Assembly: GCA_964427615.1 (NCBI GenBank)
Contig: CAYRUR010000001.1
Location: 50,425-114,424 of the forward strand
Direction of reading: 5' to 3'
From: an uncultured Gammaproteobacteria bacterium
GTDB lineage: Bacteria > Patescibacteriota > Microgenomatia > Levybacterales > GWA1-39-11
Length of the DNA: 64,000 nucleotides
Part shown: positions 1 through 10,489 of the stretch, one piece after another
How the letters are laid out: each line of letters starts with the position of its first letter
How positions within the stretch are numbered: position 1 is the first letter of the stretch
The notes under the pieces: generated by a model
Databases searched by the model: none
The model's input: only the letters and a program-made list of their open reading frames with translations
Told to the model about the DNA's origin: nothing
Program-made: the position numbers and the translations under genes

Positions 1-36
1 TCTGAAAAAAACTTTGGCAATCTCTTTTTTTTAAGA

Positions 37-1020
37 GTGCTCATTACTATTGCTACCATCGGTCTTATTGCACTTATTACTCTTTTTCTCCCATCAGGAG
101 AGAAAGGCTATTCCCCTTTTGAAAAAATAGGAATTTTTCTTTTTTCTCTTACTCTTTTTACACAGTCATTTTTACTCAGTGTTAACGCCATTTTCCAAAA
201 GCATTTGCGCTACACATTACTGTTGATTCCGCAGAGTGTTGCTTTTGTGGCATTTCTCGTTGTGCTTGTGTTGGGAATCTTTTTTAAAAACACCTATCTA
301 CTTTTATCTGCCTACTTTATTTCAGGTGTTTTCTTTTGTCTGATAGCCTATCCTCTGGTTGTAAAGCAGTACCACATTTCTACACTTACTCATAATTTCG
401 TTTCGGTTTCGAAAAAACTTCTTATTTCTTCAGCTCCTTTAGGCATTATGCTTGCTTTTAACTTAGTCTACTTTCGCATCGATACCATTATTCTGGCTTT
501 GTATCATGAAAATACTGCAGTAGGAATCTATGGACTTTCATATAAATTTTTCGAATTTATAGTCGTTATCCCTACGTTTTTTGCCAACAGTATTTACCCA
601 GTGCTCCTGGCAAAACAGTCAAATCCTAAGGATTTTACCCAACACATCAAGTCCTATGCTTTTATCTTAGCAGGCGTTTCAGTGGTGTTTACCATAGCTG
701 TGCTTATTTTTGCTCCCTTTTTAGAGCTGATCCGTGAAGAGTTTGGTCAGTCAGTTCTGCCTTTGCAAATTCTTGCTTTTGCCTTCCCCCTCTTTTTTCT
801 AACAAGCCTTTTGCAGTGGGTGATGATTATTAACAATCAAAAGAAAAAACTACTCTTGATCTACTTTTTTTCGATGATTGTTAATGTTATTCTCAACCTT
901 ATCTTTATTCCCCAGTACAGCTACATTGCAGCTGCTATTACAACTGCCATTTCAGAACTGGTTGTGTTAGTATTAATACTGTTCTCGATTTTTGTATCGC
1001 TAAAAGCGAAATTTATTTGA
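37..1020 (+). CDS. Polytopic membrane protein, MOP-superfamily flippase-like (MurJ/Wzx-type C-terminal region). The ORF opens at the window edge, so it is probably 5'-truncated.
   Basis: About 10 hydrophobic helices throughout. The C-terminal pattern resembles polysaccharide-biosynthesis/MurJ C-terminal domains. The ORF runs to the window start. Confidence 0.45.
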   Translation: MLITIATIGLIALITLFLPSGEKGYSPFEKIGIFLFSLTLFTQSFLLSVNAIFQKHLRYTLLLIPQSVAFVAFLVVLVLGIFFKNTYLLLSAYFISGVFFCLIAYPLVVKQYHISTLTHNFVSVSKKLLISSAPLGIMLAFNLVYFRIDTIILALYHENTAVGIYGLSYKFFEFIVVIPTFFANSIYPVLLAKQSNPKDFTQHIKSYAFILAGVSVVFTIAVLIFAPFLELIREEFGQSVLPLQILAFAFPLFFLTSLLQWVMIINNQKKKLLLIYFFSMIVNVILNLIFIPQYSYIAAAITTAISELVVLVLILFSIFVSLKAKFI

Positions 1021-1036
1021 AACCAAATCATAAAGT

Positions 1037-1456
1037 ATGGAAATCATTTTTTACTCAGACGGAGGAGCACGAGGTAATCCAGGACCAGCAGCCTATGGGT
1101 TTTTAGTCTACCAAAAACCTGACGTGCTTTTGTACAAAGAAGGCAAGACATTAGGAAACAACACTAATAACGTGGCAGAATACACAGGAGTTTTGCAAGC
1201 ATTGACCTGGATAAAAAATAACATTAACACGCCTCTTGAGAAGATTACGGGCTATCTTGATTCAGAGTTGATTGTAAAACAACTCTCAGGAGAGTATCGG
1301 GTAAAAAATGACACGTTAAAAGAGCTCTTTGCAAACGTCAAACAACAAGAAGCTCACCTAGCTGTTCCTATCCGGTATATCCACGTTCCTCGTGCACAAA
1401 ACAAAGAAGCAGATGCCCTCGTAAATCAAGCATTGGATAACGCTCCTCACTTCTAG
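1037..1456 (+). CDS. rnhA: Ribonuclease HI
   Basis: N-terminal YSDGGARGNPGPAAYGF and TNNVAEYTGVLQAL match the RNase H type-1 DGSxxGNPGPGGYG / TNNRMEL motifs. Size is 139 aa. Confidence 0.85.
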   Translation: MEIIFYSDGGARGNPGPAAYGFLVYQKPDVLLYKEGKTLGNNTNNVAEYTGVLQALTWIKNNINTPLEKITGYLDSELIVKQLSGEYRVKNDTLKELFANVKQQEAHLAVPIRYIHVPRAQNKEADALVNQALDNAPHF

Positions 1457-1471
1457 ACAACGTGTCTGGCT

Positions 1472-4156
1472 TTGACTACAATTAAAACTACTATGCCTGC
1501 TCCATTAACGATTGAATCCATAGAAAAACAGAATTCTATCCTTCTGCTATATGGCAATAACAATCCGCTGATTACTTATTTTCTCCAGCAAAACAGCAAG
1601 CCTGATAAGATCATTTTAGTTTCCCCAGATAACATAGCTGCTCTTAAAACAGAGGATATTATTCAGATTGATCCTCAATCTGCTTATTTGGTTACTAAGC
1701 TTGAAGAACAGATCAATTACGCGCTTCTTTTTTTTACTGGTGAAAAAGACAAACCAGCTCTTGCTTCTTTACTGGAAAAACTAAAAAAAGACCGGGTAAA
1801 AACAGTCCTTATTATTCCGGTTGACCTTCTGCCTCAAGCAGCAGATATCCTCTCAGTAGCAAAAGAAGCAAAGAGTACCATCGTTATTTTAGGAGATATG
1901 TTTAATGCTCCTTCTTTTATAGATAACAACGCACTCTCAAACATCATGCAGCAAGCACTAGCTCAAAAAACAGTATACTTGACGGGAAATGACCTTTATC
2001 CCCTGTTTCCCATTTCATTTGCAGACGCCATTACAGGACTCAAGTACCTGCTCTACAGTTCACATACCAAAGCTTCTTCTTTTTACTTTTTTTACCAACA
2101 CCCTCAAACCATTATTTCTGCCGTACATTTGATAAAAAGAGTAGAGCCTGAATTAGAAGTAAAGCTAGAAGAAAAAAAAGAGCAAAGGACACCACGTATC
2201 ACCCGAGAAGAGGCAACTACACACCTTGCGCTAAGCAACCTAAAACCCACCTACCTTGATCACCTTTTTAAAGGATTTGAAAAAAGTATCCAAGAAATAG
2301 GACCAACAGTACAGAGTATTATCACTCCAGAAAAAAAACAGGAGAAAAGAGTATTACCCAACGCCATACAAAGCATTCCCCGTTTTCCGTTTTTAAAAAT
2401 AGGGGTTGTTGCTTTTTTGCTTTTTTTTATCCTTAACATGACTTTTTTTATCGGAGGCATTCTCTCAGCTCAACGTGCCCAAACTGCTTTACAAAAACAA
2501 AATACTACTCAAGCTATCACAGCACTTAACCAAGCCCAGATCTTACTGCGTTTATCCCTTCCTTTTATCTACCAAGTCTCATCTCTTCCTTTTCCTCATA
2601 CTATCCACACGGCGATTGAAGGAAAAACGTATGTGCTTTCTCTAGCAGAAGATATTCTTAACAACACAACGGAGCTTGTACAGGCAACAGAGCAGTATAC
2701 CCTTAAAAACCCACCGGCTCTTGAGGCGCTACTCTCACACCTCTCGCAAATTACATATATCTACTTTAAAACGGTTGAGTTAAGTAACTCTGGACAAGAT
2801 GTGCCTGATTTACTTTCGCAAAATGCTTCTCTTTTTGCTTTTTCATCTGTAGCACCTGACATCTTAGGCTACACCTCTGAAAAAAACTATCTACTGTTAT
2901 TTCAAAACAACGGAGAACTAAGACCTACCGGAGGATTTATCGGCTCAATTGGAGAACTAACCCTTAACAAAGGCAAAATAGAGCAGTTAAGCATCAAAGA
3001 CGTCTATGATGTAGATGGACAGCTAAAAACCCATGTGGAGCCTTCTTATGTGATAAGAAGGTATCTGCAACCCCACCTTTACTTGCGAGACAGCAACTTT
3101 TCACTTGATTTCCAAAATGCAGCTTCTACTTCTGCACTTCTTTACAAACTATCAACTGGTAAAGAAGTTGATGGCGTTATTGCCATTGATTATGAAGTAT
3201 TAAAAGAAATTATTGCCTCTATTGGTCCTCTTAACTTGGCTGATTATCAAAAAACCCTTACCAAAGACAACGCTTTTGATTTTATCCATAACACCATAGA
3301 AAGCACTTTTTTTCCTGGTTCAACCCAGAAGAAAGACTTGTTAACAGCAGTTATGAATCAAATTATTATCAAGCTTGAAACAGATAAAAATGCTGCTTCA
3401 AAACTCGTAACCCTTTTACCAAAACTGATGGAAGAAAAACATTTGCTCTTTGCTTTTAGAGATGAAAGTGTCCAAAGTCTTTTTACCACATTGGGATATG
3501 CAGGTACTTTCTCAGATACAAGAATGAAAGAAAAGGGAGTAGTACAAGACATCTTTGCTATCAACGAAGCCAATATTGGAGTAAATAAAGCAAATACCCA
3601 TATAAAACGCTCGGTAACCTACAATGCCTCTATCCAAAAAGAAGCTCTCGTTTCAGATGCTACTATTTCACTGGCCAACACTGGGCAACAGGAAAATTAC
3701 CAAGTCTACTTACGGATTATTACCCCTGAAAACAGCCAACTCCAATCAGTCACTATTGATGGAGTAGCACAAAAAATAACCCCTGCAATTACTGACCCTG
3801 CCGAGTATGAGTCGCCTCGATTTAAAAAACCCGTAGAACTAGAGCTTGATACAACCCATGCTACTACTTATACTGCGTATGGATTTATAACCACGGTTGC
3901 TAAAAACACTATCCAAAAAATAAGAGTGACTTACGCTTCACCGCTTACTGACTCTTCTTTCTCTCAATACTCACTGCTTGTTATTAAACAACCCGGAATT
4001 ACCAGTATGCCGTTTACATTACAACTCCATTATCCGCCAGAATTAAAAGTAGAGAATAGCACACACACTATTTTAGGAAGTAGTCAAGTAAGCCAACAGC
4101 AGGAGATTGTAAAGGATACTCTCTTTAAGTTCAGCTTTTCTAAAAGAGAGAACTAG
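1472..4156 (+). CDS. Large membrane-anchored extracytoplasmic protein, possibly DUF4012-like
   Basis: 894 aa with a single TM segment near residue 300 (IGVVAFLLFFILNMTFFIGGIL). Contains an NGELRPTGGFIGS motif as seen in DUF4012 proteins. No catalytic motif recognised. Confidence 0.4.
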   Translation: MTTIKTTMPAPLTIESIEKQNSILLLYGNNNPLITYFLQQNSKPDKIILVSPDNIAALKTEDIIQIDPQSAYLVTKLEEQINYALLFFTGEKDKPALASLLEKLKKDRVKTVLIIPVDLLPQAADILSVAKEAKSTIVILGDMFNAPSFIDNNALSNIMQQALAQKTVYLTGNDLYPLFPISFADAITGLKYLLYSSHTKASSFYFFYQHPQTIISAVHLIKRVEPELEVKLEEKKEQRTPRITREEATTHLALSNLKPTYLDHLFKGFEKSIQEIGPTVQSIITPEKKQEKRVLPNAIQSIPRFPFLKIGVVAFLLFFILNMTFFIGGILSAQRAQTALQKQNTTQAITALNQAQILLRLSLPFIYQVSSLPFPHTIHTAIEGKTYVLSLAEDILNNTTELVQATEQYTLKNPPALEALLSHLSQITYIYFKTVELSNSGQDVPDLLSQNASLFAFSSVAPDILGYTSEKNYLLLFQNNGELRPTGGFIGSIGELTLNKGKIEQLSIKDVYDVDGQLKTHVEPSYVIRRYLQPHLYLRDSNFSLDFQNAASTSALLYKLSTGKEVDGVIAIDYEVLKEIIASIGPLNLADYQKTLTKDNAFDFIHNTIESTFFPGSTQKKDLLTAVMNQIIIKLETDKNAASKLVTLLPKLMEEKHLLFAFRDESVQSLFTTLGYAGTFSDTRMKEKGVVQDIFAINEANIGVNKANTHIKRSVTYNASIQKEALVSDATISLANTGQQENYQVYLRIITPENSQLQSVTIDGVAQKITPAITDPAEYESPRFKKPVELELDTTHATTYTAYGFITTVAKNTIQKIRVTYASPLTDSSFSQYSLLVIKQPGITSMPFTLQLHYPPELKVENSTHTILGSSQVSQQQEIVKDTLFKFSFSKREN

Positions 4157-5163
4157 TCCGTAAACTCCTGCACAAACATCTTGCCATATACTCCCGCATC
4201 AACCACACCAATACCAACATTGTGGTAAAGAGAAGAAAGAATATTTTCCCGATGTCCTTTACTTTTCATCAACCCTTGCATAGCAATACGGGTATCAGGA
4301 GCAAGCGCCAAATTTTCTCCCGCAGCAATATAGGAAATACCTGCTGCTTCCAGACGATCAAAAGGTGAGTAGCCTTCTAAAGAGTAGTGAGAAAAATACT
4401 GCCGTTCGAGCATGTCAAACGCATAGGTACGAGCCACTTCTGCAAGCTCTTCATCAAACACTAATCGAGAAAGTCCTCTTTTTTCCCGCTCTTGATTTAT
4501 AAGCATTAGCATTGCTTGTTCTGCATTTTTGTCAACAGAAAGATCCTGAGCTTTAAAATGTAAATAGACTGTTTCCTCAGACTCTGGTTTTATGGTTAAA
4601 AAGTTAAGTGTCTCCTCAATAGCTCCTCCAAAAACCTGCTTTACATTTGTCTCAATGACTGATGTTCTAGCTATCAAAAACCCAGCAGCTGAAGAATTAA
4701 CCAGCTTTTCTTTCACTCCCTTGGCAATCGGAAAAGAGAGTAAAAGAGAAAAGAAAAAAGAGGCAAAAAATAAATAAGAAAGCACACCAAAAAAAGCTCC
4801 TCCTAAAAAATCAACTCTTCTGTCTAAAAAAAGAGGGGGTAGAACCTTATAAAACAATGAAAAAAGGATTTTAATAATGATCCAAGAAAGGCTTGCTACC
4901 AACAAAAAACTAAGTGCATCTGCCAACCCTTTTGACAGAGAAAAGGTTCCAGATAAAACTCCAGCTACATAACTATAAAAAGTAATGCCTATTAAAAAGG
5001 ATAAGACCACAGTGATAAAGTGCAAAACAGCAGAAAGTATCCCATTTGAGCCTTCTTCTAACACATAAAAAAAGAACAGTAGAAAAAAAACAATATCAAA
5101 GATATTTGCTGGAAGAGACAGAAAAAAATCTCTTACCTTTACCACTGATTCAAGAGGAGTCAT
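4153..5163 (-). CDS. Membrane protein with a C-terminal CAP/SCP (YkwD-like) domain
   Basis: N-terminal ~150 aa has 4 TM helices (CvpA-like architecture). The C-terminal part has SHYSLEGYSPFDRLEAAG...GENLA...GHRENIL, typical of bacterial YkwD/CAP domains. Confidence 0.65.
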   Translation of the reverse strand: MTPLESVVKVRDFFLSLPANIFDIVFFLLFFFYVLEEGSNGILSAVLHFITVVLSFLIGITFYSYVAGVLSGTFSLSKGLADALSFLLVASLSWIIIKILFSLFYKVLPPLFLDRRVDFLGGAFFGVLSYLFFASFFFSLLLSFPIAKGVKEKLVNSSAAGFLIARTSVIETNVKQVFGGAIEETLNFLTIKPESEETVYLHFKAQDLSVDKNAEQAMLMLINQEREKRGLSRLVFDEELAEVARTYAFDMLERQYFSHYSLEGYSPFDRLEAAGISYIAAGENLALAPDTRIAMQGLMKSKGHRENILSSLYHNVGIGVVDAGVYGKMFVQEFTD

Positions 5164-5223
5164 ACTATCTATGATATAATAATTGACACCTAAAATACAT
5201 TTATCAGTTCTTTAGATGAAGTT

Positions 5224-7407
5224 ATGAAAAAGGCAAAACGTATCCTCAATAAGTCCATTAAAATTGTATTTACCCCTAAAAAAATTCTCTTTTTAACACT
5301 GGTAGTAGGACTGATAGTAGGCAGTTATTTTTTTGTATTAAAAGACATTCCTGATGCTACTCAAATTGCCAAAAGCAACTATCCCCAATCCACTAAAATC
5401 TTGGATAGAAACGGAAAATTACTGTACACCATTTACGGCAATCGAAATCAGTCATTTGTACCTTTGACAAAAATTCCAAAGCATGTACAGCATGCCACCA
5501 TTGCTATTGAGGATAAAGATTTTTATCACCATGGTGCAATTGACATCCAAGGCATCGCCAGAGCAGCTTACTCGACACTCGTCAAACGGGATATTCAGGG
5601 TGGATCTACACTTACGCAGCAATTGGTTAAAAGCTCTCTATTAACACCAGAGCAAACGATTACTCGTAAAGTAAAAGAGATCATCCTTTCCTATATCGTA
5701 GAGGCTATTTATAGCAAAGATAAAGTCTTGGAGATGTACCTTAACCAAGTACCATATGGAGGAACTGCCTACGGCGTACAAGCAGCCAGTGAACTGTATT
5801 TTGGCAAATCAGTAGGATCACTCACTTTGGCAGAAAGTGCTTTTATAGCAGCACTTCCACAAGCACCCAGCGTCTTCTCTCCTTTTGGCTCTCATCCAGA
5901 ACTTGGTAAAAAACGGCAAGAAGAAGTCTTGACCAAAATGAGAGAGCAAGGTTATATCACTAAAAAAGAAGAGCAGGAAGCAAAAGAAGCAAAACTTACT
6001 TTTTCTCAAATCCAAAATAAAATTTTAGCCCCTCACTTTGTTTTTTATGTTAAAGACTTATTAGTACAAAAATATGGACAACGGTTAGTAGAAGAGGGAG
6101 GTCTGACTGTAAAAACCACCCTTGATTACTCCTTGCAGGAGTTTGCTGAGCAAGCAGTTGCTAGCGAAGTAGCTTCCCTTGCCAAAGCGCATGTTACCAA
6201 TGGAGCAGCCGTAGTTACTAATCCAGCCAGTGGAGAAATTTTAGCCATGGTTGGCAGTAAAAATTACTTTGACGCAGAACACGACGGCAATGTAAATGTA
6301 ACCATTGCCAAACGCCAACCGGGTTCATCTATCAAACCGATTAACTATGCAGTAGGACTTATAAAAGGCTATACTGCGGCCACTCCCTTTGTTGATACCA
6401 AAACGTGTTTTCCTAACCAAGGCGGACAAACATACTGTCCCCAGAACTATGATTTTAAGTTTCATGGAGTAGTACAAATGAGACAATCGCTGGCAAGCTC
6501 TTTAAATATTCCGGCTGTTAAAATGCTCAAACTCAATGGACTTGATGCCATGATTGCCACTTCCAGTGCTATGGGCATTGAAACGTTTACCAACCCTGAA
6601 AAATACGGACTTTCTCTAACCCTGGGTGGGGCAGAGGTAACTATGCTTGATATGGCTGAGGCATTTGGGGTCTTTGCCAACTCAGGATACCGTTCCGATA
6701 TCCACTCTATTTTAAAAGTAACAGATAAAAAAGGGGATATTCTTGAATCTTACGACCCACCTAAGAGCCCTATTTTTGGTAAAAAAGTACTCCCAGAAGG
6801 AGTAGCTTTTATCATCTCTGATATGCTCTCAGACAACAGCGCCCGCAGCCTTGCTTTTGGCACCAACTCTCCCTTACAAATTGGACAGTACAAAATTCCG
6901 GTTAAAACAGGAACTACTAATGACTACCGAGATAACTGGACTATTGGCTACACGCCAGAATACGTAGTAACTGTCTGGGTAGGCAACAACGATAACTCTG
7001 CTATGCAAGGTGTTGTCTCAGGTATTACAGGTGCTGCTCCTATCTGGCATGATATTATGCAACACTTAACTGAAAAAAACCCTCCTTCCCAAATTAAAAA
7101 ACCTGCTAATGTGGTTGGTGCCACCATCTGTGCCACCTCAGGACTTCTACCTCAGCCAGAAGGCTCACCGTATCGTTGTCCAACTCGATTTGAGTACTTT
7201 ATCAAAGGAACAGTTCCAAATAAAGTTGATTCAGGCAAAATGAAATTCTTTATAGATACAACCAACAACAGTGTCGTAAAAGAGAAAACGAGTGACAAAG
7301 TTATTGAAAGTGAAGAGGCAGTAGTTATGGATCCATTAGGGAGCACCTACTGTGTCACCTGCGCTGCTCCTGTAAAAGAAGAGGATAATGCTAATAAGCC
7401 TCAGTAG
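5224..7407 (+). CDS. Class A penicillin-binding protein (PBP1A; glycosyltransferase GT51 plus transpeptidase)
   Basis: N-terminal TM. GT51 motifs IEDKDFYHHGAIDIQGIARA and GGSTLTQQLVK. Transpeptidase SxxK (GSSIKP) and KTGTT motifs. Confidence 0.9.
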   Translation: MKKAKRILNKSIKIVFTPKKILFLTLVVGLIVGSYFFVLKDIPDATQIAKSNYPQSTKILDRNGKLLYTIYGNRNQSFVPLTKIPKHVQHATIAIEDKDFYHHGAIDIQGIARAAYSTLVKRDIQGGSTLTQQLVKSSLLTPEQTITRKVKEIILSYIVEAIYSKDKVLEMYLNQVPYGGTAYGVQAASELYFGKSVGSLTLAESAFIAALPQAPSVFSPFGSHPELGKKRQEEVLTKMREQGYITKKEEQEAKEAKLTFSQIQNKILAPHFVFYVKDLLVQKYGQRLVEEGGLTVKTTLDYSLQEFAEQAVASEVASLAKAHVTNGAAVVTNPASGEILAMVGSKNYFDAEHDGNVNVTIAKRQPGSSIKPINYAVGLIKGYTAATPFVDTKTCFPNQGGQTYCPQNYDFKFHGVVQMRQSLASSLNIPAVKMLKLNGLDAMIATSSAMGIETFTNPEKYGLSLTLGGAEVTMLDMAEAFGVFANSGYRSDIHSILKVTDKKGDILESYDPPKSPIFGKKVLPEGVAFIISDMLSDNSARSLAFGTNSPLQIGQYKIPVKTGTTNDYRDNWTIGYTPEYVVTVWVGNNDNSAMQGVVSGITGAAPIWHDIMQHLTEKNPPSQIKKPANVVGATICATSGLLPQPEGSPYRCPTRFEYFIKGTVPNKVDSGKMKFFIDTTNNSVVKEKTSDKVIESEEAVVMDPLGSTYCVTCAAPVKEEDNANKPQ

Positions 7408-8693
7408 ACTTCCTTTTCTAAATTCGTCCACGCAAGGCCCATTATTGTGGCAAATAAGAACTGTCCTTGCTGCAGGGTGAGCAAGAAGTGGTCAAAACAT
7501 CCAATGACAAGCATACTCACAAAAAGAAACATAACAACTCTATAAAATGCACGGATATGAGCATCATTTTCTACACTCATTAATCCATACAAACGCATGC
7601 CTGTCTTAAAAAGAAAGTAGAGAAAAAGCAGGAGTCCCAACACCCCTACCTGTACTAACACGAGTAAGAAGATGTTATGCACTGGCTGTAGAAAAGTAGC
7701 CGTAACTTCTTTTTGCAGAGTAGATTCATAATAGAAAAAGTTAAGCAAGCCTACGCCAAAAAGAAAGTGCGAAGAAATAATATCTAAAAATACGGCTATC
7801 AAATCAAACCGAAATAAGCTGTCTCGCAGCAATAAAGCACTATTGAAAAACCGATTAGCGTATATTCCAAAATAGAGGAGTAAACTACCTACAATAGGTA
7901 AAATAATCGGCATTCTCCTTTTTTTTATCAAAAAATAACCCAGACAGAAAAAAAATAACAGCACAACTACCCGAGAAAAAGTCAGTAACAAAGCACTTCC
8001 TGAGAGAAAAAGAATAAGCGTAAAAAAGACTTTATCAACCCTCTGCTTTACTAAAAAGAATTGAAATAAAGCAAAAGTAAAGGTTACAAAAAGAAAAAAC
8101 GCCAAAACATTAGGATGGGGAAATGAGGCGTAGGGCCGCAATAAAACGTGTTCACCAGTACTAAAAACAGCAATATGAGGTGTTGAAGCAGTAAAGACAC
8201 GTTCTCCTAAAAAATAAAAAATACCCCCTACATTTCTTTGTAGTGCAAATTGTACAAAAGCTAACAGAGAAGAAAAAAGAGCTCCCCAGGCAAGTATTTC
8301 GATAAAAGGAGTAATGTCTTTACGTTGAAAATACTGAGCTATATACCAACCAAAAAAGGAGAATTCAGCTACTTTGATAAGTCCATAGAATGCAGCCAAC
8401 GGTTGAAAAGCAAAAAAAGTAGAGAGCAAAAGAATACACAACCCAAAGATTACTAATTTTTTACTGGCAAAACGCACAATAAAGTCTTGAAGTATTGTCT
8501 TTTGATAGGCTCTTCTTAAAAAAAGACAGAAAAGAAAAAAAATAAGAATATCAGTTATGTAAACGGTAGGAGAAAGATAATCTACCCTGATTCCTTCGAC
8601 ATAAGAAAAAGAGGGCCAAAAGTGTTTTCCAAGCTGACTAATGAAAAAAAAGATGGTTAAAAAGAAGATTCCGCGTTCGAGTCTTGCAATCAC
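7401..8693 (-). CDS. Polytopic membrane protein, possibly O-antigen ligase/Wzy-like
   Basis: 430 aa with more than 10 predicted TM helices and a mid-protein periplasmic-type loop. The family call is weak. Confidence 0.35.
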   Translation of the reverse strand: MIARLERGIFFLTIFFFISQLGKHFWPSFSYVEGIRVDYLSPTVYITDILIFFLFCLFLRRAYQKTILQDFIVRFASKKLVIFGLCILLLSTFFAFQPLAAFYGLIKVAEFSFFGWYIAQYFQRKDITPFIEILAWGALFSSLLAFVQFALQRNVGGIFYFLGERVFTASTPHIAVFSTGEHVLLRPYASFPHPNVLAFFLFVTFTFALFQFFLVKQRVDKVFFTLILFLSGSALLLTFSRVVVLLFFFCLGYFLIKKRRMPIILPIVGSLLLYFGIYANRFFNSALLLRDSLFRFDLIAVFLDIISSHFLFGVGLLNFFYYESTLQKEVTATFLQPVHNIFLLVLVQVGVLGLLLFLYFLFKTGMRLYGLMSVENDAHIRAFYRVVMFLFVSMLVIGCFDHFLLTLQQGQFLFATIMGLAWTNLEKEVY

Positions 8694-9136
8694 TTTTTCT
8701 TAATGACTAATACTCTGTCTCTACCTTCACCCTCTGATTCAGTTACGACTTCGCTATCCTCTGCCAAACACATATGCACAAACCGTCTTTCCCAAGGCTT
8801 TAATCCTCTAATCGTTTTGCTTGTTGATCCTTCAACGACCTCGTCTCTTAATCTATTTGCCAGATCTTTTAAGTATTCTTCGCGCTCTTTGCGATAATCA
8901 CCAACCTCAACCACAATACGTTCAAAATCACCTAGTTTTTGAACAACCATGAGTGAGAGAATATGCTCAAAAGAAGTAAGCGTATTACCATGCTTTCCGA
9001 TAAGCAGGGCATTATCAGGAGTATTCAAAGAAAGAGCGTAGAACCCATCTTCTTCTTTTATCTCGATTTCTGCTTCAAAACCGATAGTAGCTAAAAGCTC
9101 TTCTGCTGTTGTACGAATTGTATCTATTTTATCCAT
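8690..9136 (-). CDS. jag: Jag/SpoIIIJ-associated RNA-binding protein (KH plus R3H domains)
   Basis: KH GxxG (LLIGKHGNTLTSFEHIL) and a C-terminal R3H-like RRFVHMCLAEDS...RVLVIKK. Lies immediately downstream of yidC. Start taken at the internal MDKIDTI ATG (9136) because the longer ORF overlaps yidC. Confidence 0.75.
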   Translation of the reverse strand: MDKIDTIRTTAEELLATIGFEAEIEIKEEDGFYALSLNTPDNALLIGKHGNTLTSFEHILSLMVVQKLGDFERIVVEVGDYRKEREEYLKDLANRLRDEVVEGSTSKTIRGLKPWERRFVHMCLAEDSEVVTESEGEGRDRVLVIKKK

Positions 9137-9941
9137 TTTTGCGAATTTTTTGTATCCAGGGCTCAAGACCTCCAGGCCCAGCCAACTGATATTGCTGCAG
9201 TATACCAAAAATTGTAAAAGTATTCCAGTACAAAGAAAGCCCAAAAGGAAGGGTGAAAGAGAAAAAGCCAATCATAACCGGAAATATAAATAGCGATTGT
9301 GCTTGAAATGCACTTTGAAAGTCCTCTTTTTTCTTCTTATCTTTCTTTTTATTCACGACAGGAAGCATCATCTTTGAAAGCACAAACTGAAAAAGTCCAG
9401 TTAGTACGGGGACTAAAACAATAAGAGGAAGAGTTGTGATTACTTGTGAAGGACTCTGCGAAAGTGAAATACCAAAAAAGCTACTGTCCCACACTTGCTG
9501 TATTCTTAAAAAATCAAAATATAACACATTGTTAATACTGCTTATTTTTTCGGGAGTGTTAGCAGCTACCACAGTGGTGAGTACATGATACAAACTCCAA
9601 ATAATAGGGATTTGAATCAGTACTGGCAAACATCCACTCACGGGATTTACCCCATGCTCTTTGTAAAGACGCATGATCTCTGCCTGTTGTTTACGCGCAT
9701 CTGATTTGTGTTTTTCGCGAACTTTGGCGATATGTGGTGCAACTGTCTGCATTTTAACCGCTGATTTTATCTGAGCTGAAACAAAAGGATAGACCAAAAG
9801 GCGGATAAATACCGTCATGACAATAATAGAAAAGCCTAAGGCATACGGAATATGTAATGACTGGAGAGCGTAGAAAAATAACACGAGTAAATTCGTGATG
9901 GGATTAAAAAAAAGTACCGCCAAAATATTTCCAATATCCAT
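9129..9941 (-). CDS. yidC: Membrane protein insertase YidC (short form)
   Basis: 270 aa with GCLPVLIQIPIIWSLYHVL and conserved YidC/Oxa1 TM pattern. Sits in rpmH-rnpA-yidC-jag synteny. Confidence 0.85.
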   Translation of the reverse strand: MDIGNILAVLFFNPITNLLVLFFYALQSLHIPYALGFSIIVMTVFIRLLVYPFVSAQIKSAVKMQTVAPHIAKVREKHKSDARKQQAEIMRLYKEHGVNPVSGCLPVLIQIPIIWSLYHVLTTVVAANTPEKISSINNVLYFDFLRIQQVWDSSFFGISLSQSPSQVITTLPLIVLVPVLTGLFQFVLSKMMLPVVNKKKDKKKKEDFQSAFQAQSLFIFPVMIGFFSFTLPFGLSLYWNTFTIFGILQQYQLAGPGGLEPWIQKIRKNG

Positions 9942-9944
9942 AAT

Positions 9945-10280
9945 TTATTCTCTCAGTAACACACCTGCTTTTTCAAGTGATCTTATCATTTCCTGCTGTA
10001 TATCATCAACTGTTACTTCATGCACCTGTTTTTTTAGAAAAAAAACAAGATTATAAGAGCCAACAGTATATTTTTTTAGTATTTCTTGTAAAGCATGAGC
10101 AGCTCTTCTTTTTAGTTTATTCCTGACTACAGCGCGTTTATCAACTTTTTTTCCTACTACAATTGCACACTGTGTTCTAAACAACGTATTCTTACTGTAA
10201 CGTAGAGTAAAAAGAGGTGTTGCGATTACATATTTGGGTAAACCCCGACGAAATGAGTAACGACTTTCTCTAGTAAGCAT
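9945..10280 (-). CDS. rnpA: Ribonuclease P protein component
   Basis: 111 aa basic protein (RRGLPKYVIATPLFTLRYSKN...VVGKKVDKRAVVRNKLKRR) located between rpmH and yidC. Confidence 0.85.
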   Translation of the reverse strand: MLTRESRYSFRRGLPKYVIATPLFTLRYSKNTLFRTQCAIVVGKKVDKRAVVRNKLKRRAAHALQEILKKYTVGSYNLVFFLKKQVHEVTVDDIQQEMIRSLEKAGVLLRE

Positions 10281-10286
10281 GCTTTT

Positions 10287-10427
10287 CTAGGCAACGGAAA
10301 GTCTTTTTCTTCCCTTAGCTCTTCGCGCTTTTAGTACCTTTCTTCCAGCAGCAGTAGCTAACCGATGCAAAAATCCATGCTTGCGAAGGTGCTTCTTTTT
10401 ACTGTTTTTTGTTAGTTTTTCAGCCAT
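10287..10427 (-). CDS. rpmH: 50S ribosomal protein L34
   Basis: Absent from the ORF track because it is too short. Manual translation of the minus strand gives [46 protein letters not shown] (46 aa), a canonical L34. Lies directly upstream of rnpA. Confidence 0.9.
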   Translation of the reverse strand: MAEKLTKNSKKKHLRKHGFLHRLATAAGRKVLKARRAKGRKRLSVA

Positions 10428-10489
10428 AGGATGTAATGATAGCAAATTAATAGGCAGAACTCAAGTACAAAAAGAGAGGTGAGAATATT

